Assembly: GCA_017654855.1 (NCBI GenBank)
Contig: CM030332.1
Span: forward strand, 744,001 to 808,000
Length of the DNA stretch: 64,000 nt
Direction: 5' to 3'
From: Podospora anserina
Taxonomy: Eukaryota
In this document: piece by piece, positions 1 through 12,729 of the stretch
Layout: each line of letters begins with the position of its first letter
How positions within the stretch are numbered: position 1 is the stretch's first letter
Program-made: the position numbers and the translations under genes
The notes under the pieces: generated by a model
Database searches by the model: none
Seen by the model: the letters and a program-made list of their open reading frames with translations, nothing else
Told to the model about the DNA's origin: nothing

Positions 1-3000
1 GTAAAAATACAGTTTCTATAATAACTGGCGCACGAGCATCGAAGGCGTGTGAGGCTGCCAAAAAATAGCGTATTTTTGTGGAAGTCCGGTTTGCAACGCA
101 CAGCGGAGCTTTATTTTTCACGAGGACACTACGGCTACTGCTACACTACTTTTTGTGCTGGTGGTGACTCAGTACTAGCCACAATTATTGGTGCTTGATA
201 CCTAGGTGACAGCAGCTGCTGCGAGTCCTGGGATTCGGTGACCCGGCATCTGCTTCCGGCATTGTTGACCTAGACAGACTCGAACATAGCCGGCCGCGAC
301 TCGATCTCAACAAAGCGCTTCGGGCTCATCTTCACCGACCCTTTGAATCCTGTCCTTCTTATCGGTTCCGATAGCTCACCCGCCGACGAGAAACATCCCC
401 ACTGTTTGATGACGAAGAGAGCAAGTGTCTCAAAATCCGTCCTCAGGATGGCCAGCGGGTCCCTACATGCATCTCACCATCCGCACCTAGTCCTCCCGCC
501 CTGCACAATCTCACACTATGTACAAGCGCACTTAAGCTAGTGGTTGGTGATGTTGGTAGCCATCGCCATCAACCCACAACCGCTTCCTGCCAGCCTTCGG
601 TTCGGAAACCAGGTCAGCTTCAATCTCCAGAATTTCCCTCGGTTGCCCCAACGCAACACAACCAGACATATAGTGTAAATCGTGCTGATAAGAGCGTATA
701 GGTTATGATTTTATGTTTCAATGCCGGAAACTCGCTAGGCTGGATAGGGTAAAGAACCACAAAAAGAAGCAGATCTTCAGCGTTGGGGCGCGGGGCATGT
801 AACGCGGACCGGAACAGTCAACAAAAGTAACAAACAGTCATGATCGGATCAGAACAAGACGGTCGAGGATTCTGACGGCCAGATCTTGTGATACACCCAC
901 TTCAGACACCACCCACATAAGGTAGTGTAGAAATATGCCCCTCCTCATCCGTCCTTCCACCCCTCCAATCATCCATCTTGCGCATGAGGTGACTTTGGCG
1001 GGTTGTATGTGCTGCTGCTTTGTAGGAAATCGCGATTTCCGTTCTGAGATTGTGACATGAGGTGACTGACGTTTGATTCTCGTCTTCATTTTCTGACCGG
1101 CAAAATATTGGAGATCGAGGTCTGCACCGTGATTTTTGTACCGTGCAAATGGTGACTTACACGGTGACTGTGTCCCCCAACTTACTGGATCTCTCGAATC
1201 ATGGTCCCGCTCAACAACAGCTACTCTTTCTTCTGATACATCGATTGCCACCAACAACAAGAGAACAAGAGATACAACCTGTGGGATCTCATATTTTGCT
1301 CATCCCATCTCATCCCCATCCCAAGCCAACAACTTCGGAGACAGCTGACCTCTCAGTTTTCGTCTGTCATGCCGCATCAACGCTCATGCAGGCTTGCTGC
1401 ACAGTTTTCCTGCACCTAGGAGGAGAGACAAGCGAGTACCTGCAGTCTCAGTTCAGTTCATGTGTATTCTTCCATTTTCTTTCGTTATCCGGCCCACGAT
1501 TGATTCGACCCTTGCCCCGCACACATGACTTTGATGTCGAAGGTCTCACCATTAGATCAGCAACTGTCGATCTCAAGTCTAGGTTGCCATCGGCCCAGAA
1601 GTGATACATGATTTGTCTTGTCCAATGGATAGAAATATCGCTCAGTTATTTCCCGCGTGAGGGTGGGACAAGTGGTTACGTTTTTTATCGGTCATGGGCA
1701 GCACGCGACCTGAAATCAGAATGCTGGGTGTCTTGAATTGAAGCTAATTCGAGTAGCAGGAAACGTTCAAGGCGCCAGTAATACGGGAGAGGGGGGAGAC
1801 GGGCTGTCGTTGTCTTCTCCTTGGTTGGCATGAAGCGGGGTTCCATATTCACGAGCTTGCCAAAGATTGGGGTTGTGATTTTACTTTTTCACCGCAAAGC
1901 CAAACCTTCTTGACGTTCTTGACGGCCATCACCCTCACAACCTCGTTTTAGTATTCACGAGCTCTTGTTTTCACATCACCTTCTCCTGCCCTTACTTGGT
2001 CATTTACTTCATCGCAAAGTTGCTTCACGGCTGAGCAAAAGCACACCCACAAATAGGGAGCCCCAAGTTCTCACGTTTCCCACTAAGAGGTAGTGGTGTG
2101 TGTGTGGGACAGCAGAGCAAGTCTTACCAATGGGGTAGCAGCCCGTTATCGGCCTTTGTTTCTTTGGTTTGGCCCTCCCAAACAGAAATCTGCTCATTCC
2201 TTGTGATCTGTCTATCGCTTGGTTGTTCGGTTGAGGGGGGTGGGTGTGTGATTGACAATTCGTTTGTTGCTAGCCAGTGCTTTGGTTGCTATCGGACACT
2301 ACCCGATCCCCGCTATAGTTTGCTCTGTGGCAAACATAGAGATAGTTTGCTTCTTGACTACCTCCTTTATAGTTTTTTGATGGTTAGGTGCATGGAAAGT
2401 TGCCTGCTGTGGTTGCTACAGGGACGTCTGTGTCAACAGGTGCCCCTGAGCACGAGCACGGACCATATCTATAAGTAAAGTATATCAGGGGCATTGATCA
2501 TAGCATATTACCTTTAAAGAATGTTGTTATGATGTGCTTTGCGGTTGAACTTATTGTATGGTAAGTACTGCACAATGCCGTTGATTGTTTCTCTGCATTG
2601 GTACCTAGCTATAAAACGTAGTTCTCACGAAGTAAACGATTGCCTGCTGCTCTGAGAGAGTTGACAGCCAAACGCAGTTCGCAAGGAAGAACACTTGGTT
2701 GATGATAGTTGAGCAGTTCATGGACTTGAGGCCTGCCTTCTGAGTGTCATGGAGAGTAGCTATATATACTTCATTACCATACCTTTTTCCAGTTCGTACA
2801 GATATTCTTTTCAATCTTGCTATGTGCATCATGCCATTTCCTTCCTTTCCCTAAGGGGCATTCCGTTAGTGAGAGTGTGCCATAGTCTGAACCCATCCGG
2901 CGAGTCTGAACCAGCCTGGCAGGTAACGATCCTGGCCCCGCTTATGACTCCTCGGGTTCGGCCCTCCGGAATTGTGGCGGCCGGTCCCGGACCCTGGGTC

Positions 3001-4370
3001 ATCTGCGAGATAAGGGTAGAGTTTGAAAGCGGTTGGGCCCATCTTAACCTAGATCTCTGAGACTGATGACGGCGCCGGAAAGAAAAGTCTGTGCAGAGTT
3101 TGTTATCAGGTTGTTGGGAGCATCGAAGAGTGGGGAACCAACGTAGGAGCAGAGATAGGTTTGATGGCCTCAGGTTGCTCGACATCGAAGTGAATAGAGG
3201 AGTCCCTATCTCTGCAATGTATTCACCCGATGTTTTATTTACCAGGCCACCTATCTCTGCCCTTCTACAGAGCTGGATTCACACGTAATCTGATAAGTTG
3301 GGATTTTTACGTTGCTCTCGTAGCCCCTAGTGTCCCCTGACTCCTTTGTCCGAACTCCTGGGAGCACATCTCAACGATTCTAACTGGGTCTATCTGGTTA
3401 TCTTGAAGGTGAATTATCTAGATATCTCTCCCAGCCACCTTGATAAGGCGCGTGTGAGCGTCAAGATACCTGTTTCTTTGTTTATTCACTGCGGAAGGGC
3501 CCAGGTGAACTCGACGCAGTGGGTCTGGCCCAGCCGTCTTCTCTCCTCGAGAGGTTATAAAGTCTTGCCCTCCTTCCCTCTCAACGCCTATCTTTCTTTC
3601 CCACTCACAACCACAGCAAAGACCATTGCTTGATCTACATCAAGCAACCAGCCAAAAATCTTTGCACCAACCACTCTCCGGTAAGTTCCTACCTTGTACT
3701 CCTCTCCTGGTGTTACCCAATACCCTGTATTCGAACGACATATCCCTCCTCCCATTCTTTCCCAACTCTTCTCCTTCTCTACATCTTCCTCTTCACTTCT
3801 ATAATCACAAGCTGTTTTCTCCCACTTCATACCCTCAGAAATTCCGCCCTCTCTCCTCGGCTCACTCCAAAGTTTCACTCATTCACATCACTCCTTACCC
3901 CTACCTGGCACTGTTGTATCATCCTCACCTAATTCCTTCCCCCAGATCTTTCCTTCAAACCTACCGTTTTTCCTGCCTATTCCCACCATCCTTGCCACTA
4001 CCACCTCTACCGGTCAGCCACAACCACCCTCTGCTCCTTCCTACCATCGGTTTGCCTTTGTGGGTACCGTGGCGGTGGCTTGATCAAGTTTTTCCTCATC
4101 TCTTCTAGCTGGAAGCCTTTGCTACACTTCACTTATCCCCCCTCCACCCATCTTGCTCTTTTGTCTACGCTCATTTTAAAATTTTCACCTCTCCCTGTTT
4201 CTTTGGCACCTCTCCTTCTCCCTGCCGAGATTTTTGGGTTCACTTACCATCCATCACTTCACTTTTATCCACGCCCTCCTCAATTCAGGACAGTAAAAGC
4301 TCACTATTTTCAACAACAGCTGCAAAACTCTTCGCTCTAGACATCGCCGAGTCATCACCAAGTCGATACC

Positions 4371-7300
4371 ATGGCGAAATCAAAGAACAGCAGACAGAAG
4401 GGCCGAAAGAATGCCACTCAAAAGGGTGAATCCAGTGCCCAGGCCGACAGACGCGCTACCCAACTGGAGCTTCCAGAGGGTTACCAGAAACTTAGCCCCA
4501 ACAACGGTGGCTCCAGCAGCTCTGGCCATCCCAGAGGCAATGGGAAGCTCAGCAATGAGTCTAAGAAAGCCCAGGATTCTGCCAGTTCTGCTGGAAAGCT
4601 GTCTCCCTCATACCCCAAGCCGTGGGAGATGTCAAAGCTTTATGTAATTCTCAGTTCTGATCCTTTGCCGGCACCCACGCTAACAGTTTCACAGGGTGCT
4701 CCCATTGACAAGCCTGGAACTCTGAACTTCAACTACGATCGTCCCTGGGTTTCTCTCGAGGGCAAGCATGTGAAGTATGAGCTCGCCACCGCTCTTGAGA
4801 AGGGTCGCCGTGAGATGTTGCCTGCTGTGTTCCCTGACTACATGCCGGAGCAGAAGCAGGAAGTTCGGAACCAGTACGAGAGAAGTGGCTTGTTGGGGTT
4901 GTTTGAGGCTCGTGACAGCTGCAACAAGAATGCCCCGAAAGTTCCTGGGTTTTTGGGTGGCGTAAGTTTTGTCCTAGTTTCCCTGTTCAAAAATTGCTGA
5001 ACTGACACTGTTGTATAGATCAACCCTGACATGATCTCGGTTGAAGACACTACGCAAGTGGGCGCCAACGATGTGAACCCACTAATTGGATTCCTCACCC
5101 AGATTGATCTCGCCAGAGAGATCATCAATCTCTTGCATCCGAGTGTGCGCGATATCACGGCATTGGCCTTCACATGCAAACAGGCCGGCCAATATGTCGA
5201 CCGAATCATGGTTAGTGCCTCACCTCTAATATCTTCAACCTATATTCAGTGTTAACCTTATGTCAGGAACGCTGGGACTACACCACCGGGGAGAATTTCG
5301 CTGATGTTTATCTCCCCAAATTCGGCAACGATGGAGGAGAAATCAAGAGAGCTGGTGTACGGAGCGACATTCTGGTCATCACACCAACCTCCCCCAAGCC
5401 CCCGAGTCGCACGCCATATCTCGATGATTTCGGGAGGACTCTTCATATTAGTAAGGATATATCAATGTTTCCTCAGCTAAATTCATGCTAACTCATTCTT
5501 CTAGTCAAGGTCATGGTTAGCATTCCGCAGAGTTTCCGACACGTCGTCCTTGACCGGCTACCCTTTTTGGACGTCAACATGGTGGGTCTGGTTATCAGTT
5601 CCATGCCCAACCTTGAGAGCTTGGCCATCTCGCGTTGCGACCTCCTCGACGTCGCCAAACTCCCTGCATTGATCAAGATCATCAAGGAGCATCCGAGAAC
5701 GCCCCACAACAAAGGCAAGGCCAAAGCCTTACGCACCAGTAACGCTGTAGAGGGCGAGAATGTTGGAGAGAACGGCGGCCAGAATAGTAACGGTAACAGC
5801 AGTGCGGATGACAGCAGCTCTACGGAGGACGAAGACCAGACGAGCAGCAAGGACACATCCCTGTTGACTGAGCCCGACACCAGCTTGATCTCTACGGATA
5901 CAGCAGCAACCTCGGTGGGTGATGAAGACCAGACGGGCATCGACGTCACAGCAGCGACCACGGATGCTGAGGGTAACGCTCCAATCCACTATATACGATT
6001 GGATTTCAGCCCTTTCTTCTTCCGCGGCCCCAACACTTGCAAACGACTTGGATCTTTTGGTGTTACGTACAACGAGCCCACGTTCCACTCCCCAAAGGCC
6101 GTGGTAGCTCTTATGATGCAGTGTTGGGACGACGCGGATACTATCGGGATGGACTTGATGAGCGATAGCTCTTCTTTCTTCAGCTTCGTCCGTCGTCTTC
6201 CCGGCCGGAACTGCTTATGGTCCTTGAAAGCGCGGGATGCTATGCTGTCGTTGAAGCGGGAGACCAGCGGTACCGTGCTCTCAGCAGACTTCCAGCGCAC
6301 AGTCGAGCGCACAGCTCGCTCCGAGATTATCGCAGAGAATCACGGCAGTTCTAGGGTTGCCCAGCCAGCCTTCCTTGATCAAGTCACAGCCCGTGTCGTA
6401 AAGCTCCGAAAGGAGAAGCACGACGAAATCAAGAAGGAAGCCCAGAACCGCTTTTGCGATGATCTGATGGCAGCTACCAGCGGCGACGACTTCAGGCCGT
6501 CGGATTACCCTCTCCCGAACAGTATAGCGTTCTATCTCGGTAACGCTGAAAACCACAACGCCTTCGGGTACTGGCGTCGGCAGTATTTATGTCAAGGCTG
6601 CAAAAAACTCCTGCCCCGCGTCCTGTTTGCAATCGAACTCGATGATTGTTGGGGCTGCAAGATGGTCGCCTTCGTCAGGGACATGGAGAGCAGCGACCTT
6701 CGCCGCTGGAAGCAAAGCGCTATTGGGTATTACCTCAAGGGTCTGGACATAAAGAAGGGGTCACTGACTGATGTCATTGACCCGGCCCGAGGTCGACACT
6801 TGACGGCAGCTCTCGGGGCGGCCAAGATAGCCGATTCTATCTGGCTGAAGTTTATGAACTTCTCCCCGACCGATCCGGTGGTGTACCCCCCCGAGCCACC
6901 CAACCTACACAGGAACACCGCCGCTTACTCACGTTATCGGTGGAAACATAATTGGCCAGAGCAGGCGTTTGATTACCGGGAGGGTGGTCCTCAACATGAG
7001 GATCCCTTCAAGCACCCAATCTCCGACTGGGAAGACACCGAGATCTGCGGCGGTGAGCCTCCCGAAAGCTTTAACGCCAATTTCCAGTGGTCAGAGGAAG
7101 CCAGTACGACTCTCTTTGAGGAGTATATCCGTCGAAACGGACTCGCGAAGCAGATCACCGATCCCGAGGCCCAGAAGAGGATCGCCGCTGCAAAGGAGTG
7201 GGAGAAGATTCGGCGTCTCCCCGGGCCAAAGGATTATTCAAAGAACGGAATGTGGCACCTTGGACGGGACCTCAGGCGCTACTACCAGAACCAGGGTGAC

Positions 7301-7492
7301 AAGTCGATTCATGCCTTGATTCACGGAAGGGTCGAGAAGTGCATTTGGTCCTTCAACACGCCTATGCTGCGTCCCTTTGACCTGGACCACCCGATTCCAG
7401 ACAAGCGGGTCGACTACGAAGCCTGGGAGGAGCTCAAGGAGCGTGAGATTTGGGAGTTGGTTCCTGCTGGCCACTCTAGGCGGTGGTTGTGA
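4371..7492 (+). CDS. Uncharacterised ~967-aa protein with an F-box-like segment, RNI/LRR-like repeats and a CxxC..CxxC pair; 5 exons
   Basis: ORFs 4371-5000, 5031-5255, 5249-5491 and 5513-7492 join in frame through canonical introns 4644-4694, 4962-5018, 5211-5266 and 5451-5504 (GT donors, CTRAC-like branch sites, YAG acceptors). Motifs LAREIINLLHPSVRDITALAFTCK, LDRLPFLDVNMV..MPNLESLAISRCDLL and CQGC-x15-CWGC. Domain calls are by eye. Confidence 0.8.
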
Positions 7493-8564
7493 GCAGTCTG
7501 ATTCCAGGTCGTCCACAAGGAAGGGAGGAGGAAGGGAGCTGTTCGATAAGTGTGGCTCTGTCTTTAACGGATCAGAAAACAGCAAAAAAAAAAAATGAGA
7601 AGCAAAAAAAGAACAAAAAAAAAGGAAATATGGGGGCAATTTCTTGGTCAACTTTTTCACCGTCCGAGGGCATCATCAGGGTCATCTGGAAGGTTTTACA
7701 GCATATTTAGCATTTTTCCTGGTGTGCATAAGGGGGTTTATATCCGGACAGCAAAAGGGCATGGACTCGAGATTTCAGAGTTGGGGGAATTCATCAGACA
7801 TCAGCATGCATTTGAGATTTCGAGCGAGGAGTTAGCAGGTTTATGGCGGTGGTTTGGGGCATGGCGTTAACAGATACAAGGAAAACGGCATGATTGATGA
7901 TGGACGGCAGGGAATTATGAGGATCATGAGGATAATGAGGACTGGGGGGGAGCTGGATCCCAGGGAGATAGCCAAGAAAAAGCCTGGGTTTGTTTTTTTA
8001 CCTTGTTGTGTGATTCTTGAGTGAAACCTGTGTGCATGCAACTCAAAGTGATTGACGCCTTGCATTGAACTCACAGATTCGTGATGATGCTGCAATAGGT
8101 ATGTTGCGGGAAGGGGGTAATATTTGCACATGGAGATGAAAAGAACCTCAAAAGTGCAACCATGACCAAGTTCCACAACATCCTGCTTGACGTAATGACT
8201 CAATCAGCAACACCACTCGCTCGTTATTCCAGGCGTATCTACCATGTAAAATATCACCCCTTCGGTTCAGTATTTTACTGCCTTCAACAAATTCAGCTAG
8301 CTGGTCAAGTATTCACGGGATAAATCATGGATACTCACCCCTTAACAGACACCCTCACGTCACGGATGAACATAGACAAAGCTCTAGACAGCAGTTAAGC
8401 ATCCTCCCTGCCTGAATACACCCCTTGTCTAATTGCCAACACCGCTACTCATAAAGCCACAGCGCTATTCCCTACAGAAAACAAAATAAACTTCCCGGTC
8501 CAAGCAATATCTCTCAACCCCCCGCCTTTAGGGCTTCTTCCCTCTCTCGAACTTCTTCCCTCTC

Positions 8565-10798
8565 TTAATGGTCTTCTTCAAGCGACATCTGTATCCCTAA
8601 CTGCTCATCATCTTCGGGCGAACCCTCGCTCTCAGATCCATCCAATTCTCCAGGCGGCGGACTTTTGTCACCACCTTTCTCACTCGATGCCTCCTCATCT
8701 CCATCCGAATCAGACGCTTTAAAAAATTGCCAGGTCTCCTTTGCCTGAGGTAGAGCATCCTTCCCAACCTCCACCTCAACCTGCAACTTATTTCCCTCCA
8801 TGATATTGGTCACAAAGTCAAGAAGTTCCAATTCCGTGTTTCTTCGACCCATCATTGAAATGCAAAGGGGTAGCGCTTCTGTAGCGCGACTGATAGCGGA
8901 AGAGAAGGATATTCTCCCCACTGGCAGAATCACCTGAGGTCGTTCCAGAATGGCAGCCAGGGTGTCGTCCCAGTTTGTCATACGGTGAGCTGTCGGAGCG
9001 TAGCTGCTGGGAGAATAGACCCGTGACCTTGGACGTTGGCCTGCCACCGTTGGCAGCAGTACAATCGGCTCTTCAAGAGACTCCATCGATTTATCAAACC
9101 ACTCTGCAAAGTCTCTTATCCGAGCATAGCAGTTTCCCCGGTCCTCGTTTGAAAGATTATCCACTTCCCGCCTAGACGCGTTCCCAAGAGTTAGCTACGG
9201 TCTGAGATGCAATCGGACATGAATAGATTCATGAATAAACTTGACAAGGATATTAGAAAATTATCGCGGGCCTCTTACCAGACGGATTCAACTGCATCAT
9301 CCCAATAAAGCCTGAGTAGATCTCTCGTCTCGGCGGATGGATTCTTATAAGCATAGTCATCCATAGACTCGTAGTATCTCTGGCCAAAATCATGACAGTA
9401 GGCCTTCCATGCGCAGTCTTCCATGTAGTTATGAAGCGGATCCTGAGACGGGGCCTTTGGTGGTGATCGCGTTGCCCAACTTGTTTCCATGTCAAATTCC
9501 TCTGTTGGTATGTCGACGAGATTCGCTAAGTGGAGAGATAATTCAAGATTTGGTTTTGAAAACCTGTGGCCCAGGTAAACGATGTTTGTTGGCGGTGTGG
9601 AGGAGTTCTTGTGTGTTAACGCGGTTTCGATTCTACTGATGGATGCCTCTACAGCTTGTTGGACCGATTTCAGAGATCGTGACATGAAGGCAATGGCGCT
9701 CAGTCGCATGGAGGGCATATCCGTTTCAGCGAAAAGTACACCGGAAGAGCTAAGACGAAGGGCGAAAAGCCCATACCATTCAGCTGTTTCCATGAAGCCA
9801 CCAAGGGTGTCGATTCCAACCGCGCAATCAATCCATTTGTAGCCAGCCAGCGCCGAGCCAGCACCGGGCGAGCTTCCCAATGCCTCTTGATAGCCGTCTG
9901 CACGGGGATTCTTTGGGCTAGAAACGTCGACCCAGGCCGAGTGTAAAATGCCAAACTGCGATACTTTGGTTTTGCCGACCATTATGGCTCCCAACCCGAT
10001 CAAGTGTTTGATGAGGTGGCACGTTTTTGAGGAGGGGGGATAGAAGGACGTCCATGATTCACTTGATAACGTAGTCTTTACTCCCTCCACTGGAAAAAAA
10101 TCGTCGACAACAAATCGCATACCGGCCAGGGGCTTCTCGGGCGAAGGATCGGAGTAGTATAGTCGGCTGGGCACGGCTATGGCTTTGTGAAGTCCATCTT
10201 GAGACAAAGCAGTGACAGGTCCAAATGCACTAGTTGAACACCTCATGTCAGCCAAATGCTCTTGCCATATCGACAGATGGACCTAGGAAACTAGGGGAAC
10301 TAGATACCTATTCTCAGCTTTGTGAAGACTTTTTGGAAAGACACCAAAGTTGAAGGCACGGAGGCTATCAGGATAGAGCCTCCAGGCTTGATGGAGCCCT
10401 TCGTTGTATAAGAAGTAGGGCCCCGGTCTCACCGGATGTTCCGAGTCCTCAAGGATCAAGCCGTGCACCACATGTAGTGGGAACTTGTTGTCCGCGCCAG
10501 CTTTGGCGTCAACTGTTGGGTCCTGGTGGTCAATGGTGACAATCCTGTGACCGAATCCGGTCGTGTAGACATCATCAGCCACGACAAATCTCTCGAGAGT
10601 TGAGATACATGACTCGTCTTGGTATTGTTCGAGAGTCAAGCCAGTTACAGGTACGATGTCTCGTAGCTTCGATGCGTTTCCGACACGTCCCAGTCTTTGT
10701 GGATGAACAAAGTACTGAACATTGTCGACGGTGGTGAAGATCTGCCGCTCGAGGTGTCGGTCCAATGACGGAGGCTGCTTCCTGTCCGGGGCGGCCAT
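8565..10798 (-). CDS. Amidase-signature family protein with degenerate catalytic residues (~682 aa, 3 exons)
   Basis: Exons 10798-10308, 10229-9279 and 9171-8565 splice in frame. Fungal amidase motifs GPYFL, IAVPSRLYY, LGAIMVGKTK, NPRADGYQ and GSSPGAGSA. The first ATG is at 10798; the ORF-track start at 10861 is TTG. Confidence 0.85.
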
Positions 10799-12729
10799 GA
10801 TCAGATCTCCGAGACGTGGATAAGGATGGCGATGGCTTGTTATACTAATTGCTGTTGACAATGGTGGACTCTACAGGTGCCTGTAGAGATGAACACGATA
10901 ATAGCATAAGATGAGTTCGAGTGGTGGTTGTCTGGTTGAAACGGGAGTTCAAGCGTCAGCGTGGTCGACGTCCAATCTCAGCAGGCAGCCCGCCTTCCAT
11001 CTTTTGGGTTGCTCAAGGGGTGGCGGCACCTTCCACATTATTCCCGCTCAACCAGGCGCGAGGATCCCTCTTTCCACTTTTCTCCTGCAATTTTTCGTGA
11101 CCAGAGTTACAACAAGCTTTCCTACTTGTGTCTTGGACAGACATGATGTTGTGGGAAGCCGCCGGCCTTGCTCCCGGATGACAAGCCATCTTTGCCTTGA
11201 ACAAGGAGAACCTCCGAACCTCTCGATACAGCGTTAGGGAAGTTCCCCATCACCTACATCATCTTCCGTCTTTCCTTTTCGGTCCCTGTGACAACAATAA
11301 ACTCCGAACTCTGGGCCGTAGCTCATGGTTACCACAAGATGGATCGGACTTAAGCTTAATTGTACCTACATCTCCCGCGAGATCGGTTGGCTTGTGTCTA
11401 CAAGGGACATACTCGGCGCTCGTCATTCTAGATGGGGTTTATCAATGGTATCTCCAGAGCTGGGCCTATTACTGACCAGAGCCATGTCAATCCACCAAAG
11501 AAGAGATGGCATCTTTGGGGGTAGTTCCAATCGTACCTCTAGGACCCTTCAGTATGGGATCTTACATCCAGACAGCCACCTATTGGTCCCCGCATCGTGG
11601 CCGCGAATGTAACCGACGTCACGAAAATGAAACTCTCCGGCTTCAGTTCGGGAACTTCTGCATTTCCAGCCATTCATACAGACGCCACCTGCCAGCCTCG
11701 CCTGTCACTACACCGAACATCATCCTTCCACAGCACAATCCAGCACATGGACGCTTCCCGTGTTGTGTCTCATGCCCCGGAATATGCCCCCAAAAGATCA
11801 ACCAACTGGCCTCTCTATTGTCACATATTTCATTTCGATCCCGCCTCTCGCCAACACAGTTAACTCCGGTCCACGATGTCCATCAGAGGATCGACTGCAA
11901 CACAACATGTGGCACAGTGTACAGACAAAAAAGAAACAAAATATTGAAACCAAGAACATGTGCGTTGCTGACTGAACAGATCTTGGATCAAACATGCAAC
12001 AGCAACAACAATAGCCAAAAGTCCCCTACTCTGATTACCCCTGACTTGCATCGCCAAGGCTCGGACTACATACAGCCCTTACAAATACGACCTGCTAACA
12101 CCGAAACATGTGAGGGGGATACTGAACAGTGAAGACGCAGTAAACAAGTTTTCCGGTGCGTCCGGATATACTCGGCGGTTGCAATGCACGCAAAGGAAAA
12201 GAAAAGAATACCACGATAACAAATCAGGGCCCACGTGTTAGCTAACATACCTACGGACAGAGTCTTGGGTTTGGAGCTGCAGGATATGTACAAAAATGTC
12301 ATATTAAATACGTTTACTTATATCTACACTATGTCCTGTGTATCAATGCCCAAAATACATACCGTTTGAACTCCATGCTATCCATACGTGTCCCTTGTTG
12401 CCTGGCGTACCTGCCCATGCCCCTTGTCCTGTTAGCCATTCCTTGTTATAACTCCATGACTTGATCCCAACCTCCCATACCAGAAATGACAATAACCCGC
12501 TAAAAGCTCAACAAATAAAAACGAATGGGGGCATCTCCTCCATCTCGCAGTCCGAAGTATCAACCGCGTGGGTATCATCACTCCTCAACTTTTCGAAAAC
12601 CGCCCCTTGCTGGAGAAATACCTTGCTGGAAAGATAGCTTGCTCGACAGATCTCTGGAGCCACTGGCGGCATCACCAAACTGACTGTATATCGCGCACCA
12701 GAGTCCCAGTTCGGATCACCACCCAGAAA

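Noticed and set aside
2009-2197. Minus-strand ORF MSRFLFGRAKPKK resembling a Vps60/CHMP5 N-terminus, with a possible GTAAGA donor
   Set aside because: No Snf7 coiled coil follows in the spliced or unspliced frame; the similarity covers only about 12 residues.
3626-4340. Leu/Pro/Ser-rich ORFs upstream of the 4371 gene
   Set aside because: By-products of a pyrimidine-rich leader, with non-ATG starts and no motifs.
8188-8202. Adjacent CRE-like and TGACTCA motifs
   Set aside because: They lie between convergent 3' ends, with no promoter to assign them to.
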